DNA of 24,991 nt, from NCBI GenBank assembly GCA_027319905.1, contig DAHVMJ010000012.1:1-24991 (forward strand). The letters are read 5' to 3'. The first letter of the stretch is position 1. Each line of letters starts with the position of its first letter. Position numbers and translations under genes: made by a program. The notes below the pieces were generated by a model. That model ran no database searches. It saw nothing but the letters and a program-made list of their open reading frames with translations, and was not told where the DNA came from. Below, in pieces: positions 1 to 9,066 of this stretch. The DNA is from Candidatus Micrarchaeota archaeon (GTDB lineage Archaea > Micrarchaeota > Micrarchaeia > Micrarchaeales > CABMGC01).

Positions 1-75
1 AGATTTGAACTCTCGCACCCACAAAGGGAACGGGTCCTAAGCCCGCCGCATTTGGCCAAGCTCTGCCACCCCTGC
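1..75 (-). tRNA. tRNA-Leu (anticodon TAG), 3' end truncated by window edge
   Basis: Reverse complement reads GCAGGGG-TG-GCAGAGCTTGGCCAAATGC-G-GCGGG-CTTAGGA-CCCGT-long variable arm-GAGAGTTCAAATCT. Anticodon stem GCGGG/CCCGT with loop CTTAGGA, long variable arm typical of Leu, T-loop GTTCAAAT. Confidence 0.95.
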
Positions 76-212
76 GCGATTAGACAGAAGGTTTAAATGT
101 TATTAAAGCAGTATCATTTCTTGGAAGTGAGTGATGTGCACCAATCACCGCCGTCGACCATTGTTTCCTAGAAGGCCAGTGCGAAGCGTGTGTCGTCTGC
201 TTTTCATTCGTT

Positions 213-228
213 GAAAGTGTTTTAAACT
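213..228 (+). promoter_or_regulatory. BRE/TATA promoter of serS (probably leaderless)
   Basis: GAAAGTG-TTTTAAAC about 25-30 nt upstream of ATG 250. Confidence 0.55.
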
Positions 229-249
229 TATATTCAGCTAGATGAGCGT

Positions 250-1548
250 ATGCTTACCGCCAAATATGTGAGGGACAACCTAGACGCGATACGTACCTCG
301 ATGAAGAAGAGGCATCTCGATTTCCCGCTAGACAAGATACTGAAGCTCGACGAGCAATGGAGGAAACTCAAGAAGGAGACAGAGGACCTTCAGGCCAAGA
401 GAAATAAGGAGAGCCTGGAGATATCGGAACTAAAGAAACAAGGCGGTGAGGCGGAGGCGAAGAAGCTGATAGGCGAGCTCGCCAAGGTCAAAAAGCAGAT
501 AGAAAGCAACGACCTAGAGCTGGCAGGATACGAGAACGAGCTGAACGCGCTCCTCTGGAACATGCCGAACACGCTACACGAATCAGTGAAGTACGGCAAG
601 GACGAGAACGAGAACATCGAAGTCAAGAAATGGGGCAAGACTGATAAGAAAATCTCGATAGGCCACACAGAGATATTGGAGAAAATGGGTTTGGTCGATA
701 TCGAGAGGGCCGCAAAGACCGCGGGATCGCGTTTCTACTACCTAAAGGGCGACATGGTAATGCTTGAGCAAGCGCTGACCAGATTCGCCCTTGATGAACT
801 GGCCAAGAAGGGGTACACGCCGGTAATACCGCCGTACCTTTTGAAGAGGGAGCACTACAGAGGCGCCACAGGGCTGGGGGACTTCGAGGATGCCCTGTAT
901 CTAGCGACCGACCCGAAAGAGGCCAAGAAAGAGGAGGGGGAAGAAGATGACGAGCTCTTCCTTATCGCTACTGCGGAGCACTCGATAGCAGCGATGCATG
1001 CGGGGGAGGTCTTCTCAGCAAAACAGCTTCCGATAAGATACGCCGGCATAAGCCCGTGCTTCAGGAGAGAGGCCGGGGCGCACGGCAAAGATACAAAGGG
1101 CATATTCAGAGTGCACCAGTTCGAGAAAGTGGAGCAGTTCATATTCTGCAAACAGGAGGACTCATGGAAGTATTACGATGAGCTCATAGCGAATGAGGAA
1201 TACCTGTTCCAGAAGCTTAACCTGCCGTATCACAGGATTGAGATGTGTACAGGCGACATAGGCATAGTCGCCGCGAAAAAGACCGACCTTGAGATCTGGT
1301 TCCCGAGCCAGCAGAAGTACAGAGAGCTCACATCCGCATCGAACTGCACAGACTGGCAGAGCCTCAGGCTTGACATAAAGTACGACGAGGGCAAGGAGCG
1401 AAGGTATGTGCATACGCTCAACGCCACGGCGATAGCGGTCCAGAGAACACTCGCTGCCATAACTGAGAACTACTATAACGACAACGGCACGATAACAGTT
1501 CCTGATGTTCTTGTGCCCTACATGGGAAAGAAGACGATAGGCCGGTAG
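250..1548 (+). CDS. serS: Seryl-tRNA synthetase (standard, non-methanogen type)
   Basis: N-terminal coiled-coil arm, GSRFYYL, ATAEH (TxE), motif 2 FRREAG..GIFRVHQFEKVEQF, ELTSASNCTDWQS, HTLNAT, VPDVLVPYMG. Confidence 0.98.
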   Translation: MLTAKYVRDNLDAIRTSMKKRHLDFPLDKILKLDEQWRKLKKETEDLQAKRNKESLEISELKKQGGEAEAKKLIGELAKVKKQIESNDLELAGYENELNALLWNMPNTLHESVKYGKDENENIEVKKWGKTDKKISIGHTEILEKMGLVDIERAAKTAGSRFYYLKGDMVMLEQALTRFALDELAKKGYTPVIPPYLLKREHYRGATGLGDFEDALYLATDPKEAKKEEGEEDDELFLIATAEHSIAAMHAGEVFSAKQLPIRYAGISPCFRREAGAHGKDTKGIFRVHQFEKVEQFIFCKQEDSWKYYDELIANEEYLFQKLNLPYHRIEMCTGDIGIVAAKKTDLEIWFPSQQKYRELTSASNCTDWQSLRLDIKYDEGKERRYVHTLNATAIAVQRTLAAITENYYNDNGTITVPDVLVPYMGKKTIGR

Positions 1549-1602
1549 CAAGTCGTCTTTACGCCAAAGGTTAAATGAACCCGGAGCACAATCTATGATT
1601 AT

Positions 1603-2796
1603 ATGAAGAAAGAGTACTCGCTGCTCAAGGAGATAAAGAGGCTCAAGTCGGTGCGTGGTTACGGGACGCAGTTGGTAAGCGTCTACATACCAGCGGGCTA
1701 CAACATCAACGAAGAGGTATCAAGGCTGAGGAACGAGTACAGCACGAGCAGCAACATAAAGTCAAAGCAGACGCGAACGAATGTTCTTGGGGCGATAGAC
1801 AAGATACTGCAGTACCTGAAACTCTACCGCGAGACGCCGAAGAACGGGCTCGTGGTGTTTGCGGGCAACATAAGCAACGACCAGAGCAAGAGCGATATAC
1901 AGCTCTTCTCCATGGAGCCCCCCGAACCGCTCAAGGTAAACATTTACAGGTGCGACTCTACGTTCGTGCTCGACCCGATAGAGGCGATGGTCGAGACCAA
2001 GGACACGTATGTGATGGTGGCTCTTGACGGGAGAGAGGCAACAATAGCCACGCTGCGAGGCTCGCACATACAAGTGGTGAAGAAAGTGCACTCGATGGCG
2101 CACGCGAAGATAAAGAAAGGGGGCCAGTCGGCGAACAGGTACAAGCGCGCGATAGAGGAGAGCATAGACGACTACTACAAGGAGGTGAGCGACGTCATCA
2201 GCGACATCTTCCTGAGGAGCGGCTTCAAGGAACTCGGACTCATAGTCGGGGGTCCGGGCCCAACAAAGGAGAACTTTGTCAAGGCCAAGGCGCTCAACTA
2301 TCAGGTCAAAATCCTTGGGGTATACGACACCGGCTACACCGATGAGACGGGACTGAACGAAATAGTAGATAAGGCCGGGGACCTGCTCAAGGAGCAGGAG
2401 GCAGCGAAGGAGAGGAAGGTTCTGGAGAGGTTCATGAGAGAGGTCGCTGGCGGAGGCCTGGCCGTGTACGGATACGAGAAGACGAGGGCCGCGCTGGAGA
2501 AGAGGCAGGCGAACACGCTGATACTCAACGACACCGTAGAGATAGCGAACGTGAAGTACAAATGCAGCGTCTGCGGCAACGTGATAGAGAGAACCGAGTT
2601 CGGCGACGTGCGCCAGGCAAAGCACGATGACGGCGGCACGCTCTCGGTGGTAGAGGAGCACGACGCGATAGAGGAGCTGATAGACCTCGCCGATGCCAAC
2701 GGAGCCGAGACGGTGTTCGTATCCGGAGAAAGCTCGCTCGGGAAGGAGTTCATAATGGGATTCAAGGGAATCGGAGCGCTTCTGCGCTATAAGTAA
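1603..2796 (+). CDS. prf1: Archaeal peptide chain release factor aRF1
   Basis: NIKS motif, YxCD, GGQS catalytic motif, GGPGPTK, C-terminal GIGALLRY. Confidence 0.97.
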   Translation: MKKEYSLLKEIKRLKSVRGYGTQLVSVYIPAGYNINEEVSRLRNEYSTSSNIKSKQTRTNVLGAIDKILQYLKLYRETPKNGLVVFAGNISNDQSKSDIQLFSMEPPEPLKVNIYRCDSTFVLDPIEAMVETKDTYVMVALDGREATIATLRGSHIQVVKKVHSMAHAKIKKGGQSANRYKRAIEESIDDYYKEVSDVISDIFLRSGFKELGLIVGGPGPTKENFVKAKALNYQVKILGVYDTGYTDETGLNEIVDKAGDLLKEQEAAKERKVLERFMREVAGGGLAVYGYEKTRAALEKRQANTLILNDTVEIANVKYKCSVCGNVIERTEFGDVRQAKHDDGGTLSVVEEHDAIEELIDLADANGAETVFVSGESSLGKEFIMGFKGIGALLRYK

Positions 2797-2829
2797 GGGA
2801 AGGGGTGCACAGAAGGATATAACAATCTT

Positions 2830-2851
2830 TATCTGTATACATATATAGATA
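2830..2851. promoter_or_regulatory. Inverted repeat over vapBC promoter (putative autorepression operator)
   Basis: TATCTGTATA-CA-TATATAGATA (9/10 palindromic), directly upstream of antitoxin ATG 2854. Confidence 0.55.
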
Positions 2852-2853
2852 GT

Positions 2854-3075
2854 ATGAGAACCATAATGATAACAGATGACGTGTACAACAGGCTGGCGAG
2901 GATGAAAGGCAAGAAAAGCTTTAGCGAGCTGCTAGCAGAACTATCGGCAAAGCGCGCAGAGTCTGGGAAAAGGGCACTTCTGAGAGTAGCAGGGATGCTA
3001 ACGCACAAAGAGGCTGAAGAAATGAAGCGCATGATAGACAGGACGCGAAGATATGGCTGGGGTGGTGCGCCATGA
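2854..3075 (+). CDS. vapB: VapB-type antitoxin (DUF217-like)
   Basis: MRTIMITDDVYNRLARMKGKKSFSELL pattern; ATGA overlap with downstream PIN gene. Confidence 0.85.
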   Translation: MRTIMITDDVYNRLARMKGKKSFSELLAELSAKRAESGKRALLRVAGMLTHKEAEEMKRMIDRTRRYGWGGAP

Positions 3076-3464
3076 AGCTGTTTCTCGACACTTCGGCGAT
3101 TGTGGAGCTGATGCACGGCAATGCAGAAGTAGAAGACGCCATCGAGAGTTCGGAGAGCGCGAACGTAAGCCCTATAAGTATTTTTGAAGTGCTCATAGGA
3201 CTGAAAGCAAAGGAGAGAAAAGGAGGAATTCCTGGAGAAGTGGCGGCATTTCCAGTCGTACCGCTTACTTCAAGAGACGCGAAACGCGCCTCTGCTTCAT
3301 TTGCTCTGCTCAGCAATAAGGGGAAAACGGTAAAGCTGCCAGATCTGCTCATCGCGGCGCAAGCCGCCGAAAGAAACGCAACTCTCCTTGCGGCAGACAA
3401 GGATTTCGATGTTATAGCGAGCGTGGATAGCGGGCTCTCTGTGCGTCAGATAGCGCAGAAGTGA
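3072..3464 (+). CDS. vapC: VapC PIN-domain ribonuclease toxin
   Basis: LFLDTSAIV, FEV, DLLIAAQA, ADKDF: acidic PIN tetrad present; 130 aa. Confidence 0.9.
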   Translation: MKLFLDTSAIVELMHGNAEVEDAIESSESANVSPISIFEVLIGLKAKERKGGIPGEVAAFPVVPLTSRDAKRASASFALLSNKGKTVKLPDLLIAAQAAERNATLLAADKDFDVIASVDSGLSVRQIAQK

Positions 3465-3548
3465 ATACCACTACTCACGCGCCCGCGGATGTTTTTTAAA
3501 ACTAATTAGAACATAGCTACTACGCATTTTTCAAGAGCGGTGTTTTAA

Positions 3549-3830
3549 TTGGGGGAGAGGGCTTTCAGTCTGTACGATGTGGAGCAGTTCATAAGGGAGG
3601 CGGGCGCGGAGCGGGTAACAGAGGACGCGGTGCGCGACCTTGAGCACAGGCTTGAGAAGCTCACGGAGCTCATGGCGAACAGGGCAGCGAGATACGCTGC
3701 GCATGCGGGCAGGAGCAAGCTGATAAAGAAGCAGGACGTGCTCTTCGCCAAGAAGGTCGTCTACAGGAACCCGCCGAGCTTGAGTCCGAAGGCCAGCAGC
3801 ACGAAAACGACCTCAAGCAGAGAGAGATAA
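3549..3830 (+). CDS. Archaeal histone-fold protein with C-terminal extension
   Basis: EAGAERVTEDA and A..YAAHAGR...IK..DV match HMf-type histones; TTG start with GGTG upstream. Confidence 0.88.
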   Translation: MGERAFSLYDVEQFIREAGAERVTEDAVRDLEHRLEKLTELMANRAARYAAHAGRSKLIKKQDVLFAKKVVYRNPPSLSPKASSTKTTSSRER

Positions 3831-4801
3831 AGCGCTATGTCTATCTCCGTAGCCCTCTTTATGTTCATCACCACGTGCGTCAGGCTGTAGATCCTTCTTC
3901 CGTATGGAGCCCTGAACGTGCCGTCACGCTGCCTCGTGCCTAGGTCTGTCGTGTGGAACCTCTTTCTGAGATGCAGGAAGAACTCTATTATCCAGGGTAT
4001 GAAGATTATCACCCCGAACGCCTCTGAGTTGCCCATGGCCATTATCGCGACCAGCATGGCGCCTATCGCGTAGGTGAAGCTGTCCCCGGGCAGTATCTTG
4101 GCCCTGTACATGTTGAACGGGAGAAACGCAAGCAGGGAGGCGAAGAGTATGGCCGAGAGCAGAGCGCCTATGTAGTTGCCGAAGAAGACCGAGTAGATGA
4201 GAAGTCCTGCGCTCGCGACTAGGGCGGTGCCCGATTGCAGGCCATCGTAGCCGCCGAGCAGGTTGAAGGCGTTGGAGACGAAGATCACGGCGAGGGGCAG
4301 AATGATCAACGGGTATATTATGCCCAGATCGACAGCGCCGAAGAACGGTATCGTCACCGTGCTCACGCCAGCATTGATGGCCATGAGCGGCAGCGCGCCT
4401 ATTACAGTGAGCAATGGCTTCTGCCACTGCCTGAGCCCGAGCTTCCTGTCCATGAGGTCAGTGGTCATGACGTTCTTTCCCTTTATGTGGATGTCGTCGA
4501 GAAAACCTACGAGCGCGATCAGCAGAACGGCAAGGCCGACTGCGAAGAGGTCAGATATCGCCACCACCGGGGTGAACACGAACGTGCCTCCGAACGCGTA
4601 TACAACGATGCCCACGATTATGCCGAATGCGACGGCGACGCCGCCGCTTGTGGGCAGTGAGATACGCTTCTCCTTGTTCTTGTCGTCGATCGTTATGCCT
4701 GACGAGGAGAGGTAGCCCGTGACGAACTTGGTGCTGACAAGGGTGATTATGAATGTGATCAGGGCGGGTATGAGCAGCGTCTGGAAGGTATGGTATGCCA
4801 T
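3761..4801 (-). CDS. Polyprenyl-phosphate GlcNAc-1-phosphate transferase (GPT/AglH/MraY-like, Glycos_transf_4)
   Basis: About 10 TM helices; P.SGG, VGFLDD, NAFNLLGGYDGL, ILPGDS motifs. Confidence 0.9.
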   Translation of the reverse strand: MAYHTFQTLLIPALITFIITLVSTKFVTGYLSSSGITIDDKNKEKRISLPTSGGVAVAFGIIVGIVVYAFGGTFVFTPVVAISDLFAVGLAVLLIALVGFLDDIHIKGKNVMTTDLMDRKLGLRQWQKPLLTVIGALPLMAINAGVSTVTIPFFGAVDLGIIYPLIILPLAVIFVSNAFNLLGGYDGLQSGTALVASAGLLIYSVFFGNYIGALLSAILFASLLAFLPFNMYRAKILPGDSFTYAIGAMLVAIMAMGNSEAFGVIIFIPWIIEFFLHLRKRFHTTDLGTRQRDGTFRAPYGRRIYSLTHVVMNIKRATEIDIALYLSLLEVVFVLLAFGLKLGGFL

Positions 4802-4873
4802 GCAAAGGGTTCTCTGCTTAGCAATAAAAAGGTTGTGCGCACCGAGCGGAATATAAGCCTTTGAGCCTGATTG

Positions 4874-5956
4874 ATGCGCATGCTCGTGCTTCTCGACGCG
4901 TATCTGATCTTTGCCGCGCTCCTCTTCCTAGGTCTGCTTGCTCTTGACATAAACAGGGCGCTGGCTGGGCGTGAGCCCAAACGCAGAAAGGCAGGCAATT
5001 ATACGCCGAAGACGTTGGTCATGGTGCCGTGCAAGGGCGCGGAAGAGCATCTCGACGAGGACCTCAGGTCGCTCAAGAACCAGAACTATGGGAGATACTC
5101 GCTGGTCGCCATAGTGGATTCGCCAGGTGATGGCGCCGTGAGCACGATAAGGCAGATTGGAATCAAAGTGATGGTATCAGGTAGAACGCACAAGAAGGCG
5201 AGCGGAAAGGTGCGTGCACTGCTTACCGCGATGGACTCACACAGGAATTATGATGCGTACGTTATCGCCGACTCCGATGCAACGTTTGGCAGGGACTGGC
5301 TGTCCCGACTTCTCGCGCCGCTCGCGGATAAACGCGTTGGAATATCGACAGCATTCCCGTTCTTCGAACCTGAAGGAGGGTTCTGGAGCAGAGTGAAGAT
5401 GGTGTGGGGCTTCGTCGGCGAGAGCCTCATGGAAACGAAGATGACCAGATTCGGATGGGGCGGTTCCCTCGCATTCAGAAAAGACCTTATGGATAACAGG
5501 GCCCTGAAGATGATGAGTGAATCCGTGGCCGATGACATAGCGATAACCAGAACCGCAACGTCCAAAGGCCTGGGAATCGTTTACGTAAGGGGCGCGCGGG
5601 TAAAGATCAGGTCTGACGACGGCTTCTTGAGATTCGCTGAGTGGTCGACCAGGCAGACCGCACTCTCCATATTCGGAAACGGGAAGGTGCTCCGCTACGG
5701 GCTCGTGTACTACTCGGCCGAGATACTCGTGTTCCTGACCGGCGCGGCGGGTGCTTTCGCGATCTCCCCACTGCTGGCCGTGATGCTTCTGCACGCTGCC
5801 GCGAGCATACGAAGGAATTTTGAGAGGTCAGGAGAGATGCGCTTGGACACAGCGTTGATAACGCTGCTTATTCCTTTCGTCTACCTCTCGAACCTTATCG
5901 CGGCGAGCGGTGTGAGGAGCATAACCTGGCGCGGGGCGCGCTACAGGCTGCGCTGA
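4874..5956 (+). CDS. Membrane GT2 glycosyltransferase (ceramide glucosyltransferase/HpnI-like)
   Basis: N-terminal TM, VPCKG, SGKV, IADSD (DxD), WGGSLAFR, ADD, C-terminal TMs and ITWRG..Y; ATG 4874 preferred over TTG 4871. Confidence 0.82.
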   Translation: MRMLVLLDAYLIFAALLFLGLLALDINRALAGREPKRRKAGNYTPKTLVMVPCKGAEEHLDEDLRSLKNQNYGRYSLVAIVDSPGDGAVSTIRQIGIKVMVSGRTHKKASGKVRALLTAMDSHRNYDAYVIADSDATFGRDWLSRLLAPLADKRVGISTAFPFFEPEGGFWSRVKMVWGFVGESLMETKMTRFGWGGSLAFRKDLMDNRALKMMSESVADDIAITRTATSKGLGIVYVRGARVKIRSDDGFLRFAEWSTRQTALSIFGNGKVLRYGLVYYSAEILVFLTGAAGAFAISPLLAVMLLHAAASIRRNFERSGEMRLDTALITLLIPFVYLSNLIAASGVRSITWRGARYRLR

Positions 5957-8514
5957 CTGCCTGAGAGCCCATTGACGTGCATCAGTTTTATGTTCGCGCC
6001 TATCCTCTCAAGGGTCCTCTTGAGCTCCGGCATTATCTCCTCGGCCCTGTTCTCCCTCTTCGTGAAGAAGCCAGCTATCTCTTTCATCGCCTCCTGCGTC
6101 TTCTGCGAGCCGAGGAAGTTGACGAAGTACTTCAGCATCATGGTGCCGGGGGGGTACCTCTTCTTCAGGATGAGCCAGTTCCTCAGTGTCCACCTAAGCA
6201 GCAACTTGTTCGCGTGAGGATTGGACGACACGACAGCAGGTATGTTCAATGTGTCCTGGAACTTTACGTCTTCGGAGAGGCAGAAGTCAAGAGCGCGGCT
6301 GATGAGCCTGCGGTCGTAGAACCTGCCCAGGACTCCGAGGAACCTGAGCTTCTCCTCAGGCACGCGCTCTTCCGTATACATCCTCTTGAACCATTCGAAC
6401 GTATTGGCGTTTCCCTCGCGCGCCACAGTCCCGAATATCGCAGATTTGAGATTGGAGTCTATCTGGTACCTGCCCTTCGCGAAAGCAGCGAATTCGCGCT
6501 TCGCCCTCTCCACCACATGCGCGTCGCCGATCATGCCCAGGCTCGATATCACCGTGCCCCTCAGCAGCGTGTCGAAGCTGCTCTCCCCCTTCTTCCTCTC
6601 GAAGCCCAGAGTCTTGAGCATGGAGTTAGCCGCGCGCGAGATTATGTGGGAGATGTCACCCGCGAGCTGCGTGTCGTTCAGCATCACATACAGCCAAGCA
6701 AGGTGCGAAAGCATGTTCTCATTGACAGGATAGTCGCATCTCATGCAGTTGTGCGAGACGAACGCAAGGTAATCCCTTACCGGTATCCTCCCGGAGCGCG
6801 CGAAGACGAATAGATCGTTCTCCACTCCCCACGCCTCTACGCCCTTCAGTTTCCTGTCGCGTATCGCCGCGCCGACCGAGGCGAGAAGACTGTCGTCGTA
6901 CCAGACGCGGTACATGCCCTTCTGGCCGCGGTTCAGCTTGATGAACTCGCCATCGCGCAGCCTGATCGGGACCGACATGGATCTTGACGAGAAGAGGAAG
7001 GCGCCTTCCCTGCCGCTGCTGGTCGTGTAATGGATAGGTATGGGCCAGAGCTTGCGCGATGTGGCGCCGTTACTCATCAGGAACCTCTCCTGGCTGAGCC
7101 GCAGCCCGCTAGGGGTCCTGTGCACATGAACAACAGGATAACCGGGAGTGTCGATCCAGAAGCCCGCCACCTCGCCGACGGTCTCACCTTCCTTGCCGTC
7201 GCGCGCCCCGGACGCCTTGTCTATCGCGTCCCAGAGGTCGTACTTGGTCGCGTTCGAGTAGGCGTGCCTCTTGAGGTATATGTGAAGCCCGCGCCTGAAC
7301 GTCTCCTTGCCTGCGTAGTCCTCTATCATGCGCAGTATCGCCCCGCCCTTGTCGTAGCTTATGTTGTCGAAGATCGTGCTTATCTGCTTGGGATCTCTCA
7401 CATGCGTGCTTATCGGATGCGTCGCTCTGAGCTGGTCCTCGGAGAACGCGAGGTTCATGCTGTCCAGAGTCTCGCTCAGCAGCCCGTCGCCGATGGCCCA
7501 CTGCGGGAAGGTGAACGCGAGCGCCTTGTAGCTCATGAAAGTGGCGAAGCTCTCGTTCAGCCAGAGATCGTCCCACCACCTCATGGTCACAAGGTCGCCG
7601 AACCACTGGTGGGCGAGCTCGTGCGCCACCACCTCCGCTATCCTCTGCTTTACCGCGAGCGATGAGTCGGCATCGCCGAGCAGGTCGCCCTCCCTGAAGG
7701 TTATCGCGCCCCAGTTCTCCATCGCCCCTGCGGCGAAATCGGGTATGCCGAGCAGGTGCAGCTTCGGGAGCGGGTAGGGTATCTTGAAGTAGTTCTCGTA
7801 GAACCTGACGAATCTCTTGGCATAGCCCAGCGGTAGCAGGGCGAGCCTGCGCTTGCCCTTGGCGGTCATCACCGCCTCGTCTATCTTCCCTATCTTCCCG
7901 GTCACCTTGTCGAAATTGCCAACTCCGAGGTAGAGCAGGTAGGTGGACATCTTGAGAGTCTCGTCGAACACGACCCTCTTCCTTCCGCCGCTCAGCCTCT
8001 CGGTCCTCTTGACCGGGGTGTTTGATACGCAGTCCAGGTCTCTCTTGACAATCAGAGAGACATTGAATAGAGCCTTCAGCTCTGGCTCGTCAAAGCACGG
8101 GAAGCACCTCCTCGCGTCCGCGGCCTCGAACTGCGTGGTCAACAGGCACCGCTCCTTCTTACCGTCCATGTAGCTGCTCCTGTAAAATCCGTGGAGCTTG
8201 TCGTTGTTAATGCCCGTAAACCCGATCCTCAGCGATGCGTTTCCTGAGACGGGCTTCTGAAGTCGAAGTATCAGCAGCTCTGCCCTACGGTCCAGAGAGA
8301 CATTGGCGCGCTGCTCCGCGTGGCCGGAACGCACCACGGCTCTGGATATGCGCAGCTCAGCCGCGTTGAGCACTATCCTGTTAGTCTTCTCTTTTATCGC
8401 TACCTCTATTGTCTCGTCGCCGGCGAACCTGAAGGTCCTCATGTTGGGCTCGAACTCCAGCCTATAACGTACAGGAACTACGTTAGTACCCAATGTCTGG
8501 TGCCCGCTCCGCAT
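5941..8514 (-). CDS. M1 family zinc aminopeptidase (tricorn-interacting factor / puromycin-sensitive type)
   Basis: TQFE..DARRCFPCFDEP, GAMENWG, HELAHQW-x-WLNES (HExxH-x18-E), YDKG, ERAP1-like C-terminus. Start ATG 8514, just after the bcp stop; GTG 8529 is an alternative. Confidence 0.95.
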   Translation of the reverse strand: MRSGHQTLGTNVVPVRYRLEFEPNMRTFRFAGDETIEVAIKEKTNRIVLNAAELRISRAVVRSGHAEQRANVSLDRRAELLILRLQKPVSGNASLRIGFTGINNDKLHGFYRSSYMDGKKERCLLTTQFEAADARRCFPCFDEPELKALFNVSLIVKRDLDCVSNTPVKRTERLSGGRKRVVFDETLKMSTYLLYLGVGNFDKVTGKIGKIDEAVMTAKGKRRLALLPLGYAKRFVRFYENYFKIPYPLPKLHLLGIPDFAAGAMENWGAITFREGDLLGDADSSLAVKQRIAEVVAHELAHQWFGDLVTMRWWDDLWLNESFATFMSYKALAFTFPQWAIGDGLLSETLDSMNLAFSEDQLRATHPISTHVRDPKQISTIFDNISYDKGGAILRMIEDYAGKETFRRGLHIYLKRHAYSNATKYDLWDAIDKASGARDGKEGETVGEVAGFWIDTPGYPVVHVHRTPSGLRLSQERFLMSNGATSRKLWPIPIHYTTSSGREGAFLFSSRSMSVPIRLRDGEFIKLNRGQKGMYRVWYDDSLLASVGAAIRDRKLKGVEAWGVENDLFVFARSGRIPVRDYLAFVSHNCMRCDYPVNENMLSHLAWLYVMLNDTQLAGDISHIISRAANSMLKTLGFERKKGESSFDTLLRGTVISSLGMIGDAHVVERAKREFAAFAKGRYQIDSNLKSAIFGTVAREGNANTFEWFKRMYTEERVPEEKLRFLGVLGRFYDRRLISRALDFCLSEDVKFQDTLNIPAVVSSNPHANKLLLRWTLRNWLILKKRYPPGTMMLKYFVNFLGSQKTQEAMKEIAGFFTKRENRAEEIMPELKRTLERIGANIKLMHVNGLSGSQRSL

Positions 8515-8518
8515 AGGA

Positions 8519-8977
8519 TCAGCTGCCACTGCTCTTCAGGAAGGCGAGCACCTCCTCGTTGTGTCCCTCCGGCTTAACCTTTGGGTATATCTTGGCTATC
8601 CTGCCCTGCTTGTCTATTACGTACGTCTTCCTGAGCGTGCCGATGCCGAATACGCCCCTGTCTCCGTAGGCCTCGTAAGCCTTTATCGTCTTGCTCTCCG
8701 GATCCGAGAGCAGCAGGAAGTTGAGCTTGTACTTGTCCCTGAACTTTCCGTGCGACGCGAACCCGTCCTTGCTTACCCCGACCACTTCCGCGCCCGCCTT
8801 CCTTATCTCGCCTATCGTGTCCCTGAAGCCGCAGGCTTCTGTCGTGCAGCCCGGAGTGTCGTCCTTCGGATAGAAGTACAGAACCAGGTACCTGCCGCCG
8901 AACTCGCTAAGCTTATGCTTCTTACCGTCGCTCCCCTCGAGCTCGAAATCTGGTGCCTTCGATTTTTCCGTTATCAC
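8519..8977 (-). CDS. bcp: Bcp/PrxQ peroxiredoxin
   Basis: LYFYPKDDTPGCTTEAC (CxxxxC), LLSD, RKTYVID; SD-like GAGGGGG before GTG start. Confidence 0.95.
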   Translation of the reverse strand: MITEKSKAPDFELEGSDGKKHKLSEFGGRYLVLYFYPKDDTPGCTTEACGFRDTIGEIRKAGAEVVGVSKDGFASHGKFRDKYKLNFLLLSDPESKTIKAYEAYGDRGVFGIGTLRKTYVIDKQGRIAKIYPKVKPEGHNEEVLAFLKSSGS

Positions 8978-9066
8978 ACTAGCCCCCTCTTTATTCGTTT
9001 TTGGCGAAAAAGGTTTATAAGGCGAATCGGCCCATGCTTAGTAATTTAAAATTAGCAGATTGGGGG

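Noticed and set aside
121..215. Small ORF or C/D-box sRNA between tRNA-Leu and serS
   Set aside because: Only 20-26 codon ORFs without recognisable features; C-box-like GTGATGT has no matching CTGA D box
1762..2661. 299-aa antisense ORF (likewise 5977-6813, 7030-7665, 16850-17860, 19655-20485)
   Set aside because: Shadow ORFs opposite well-supported genes, expected from codon bias; no motifs
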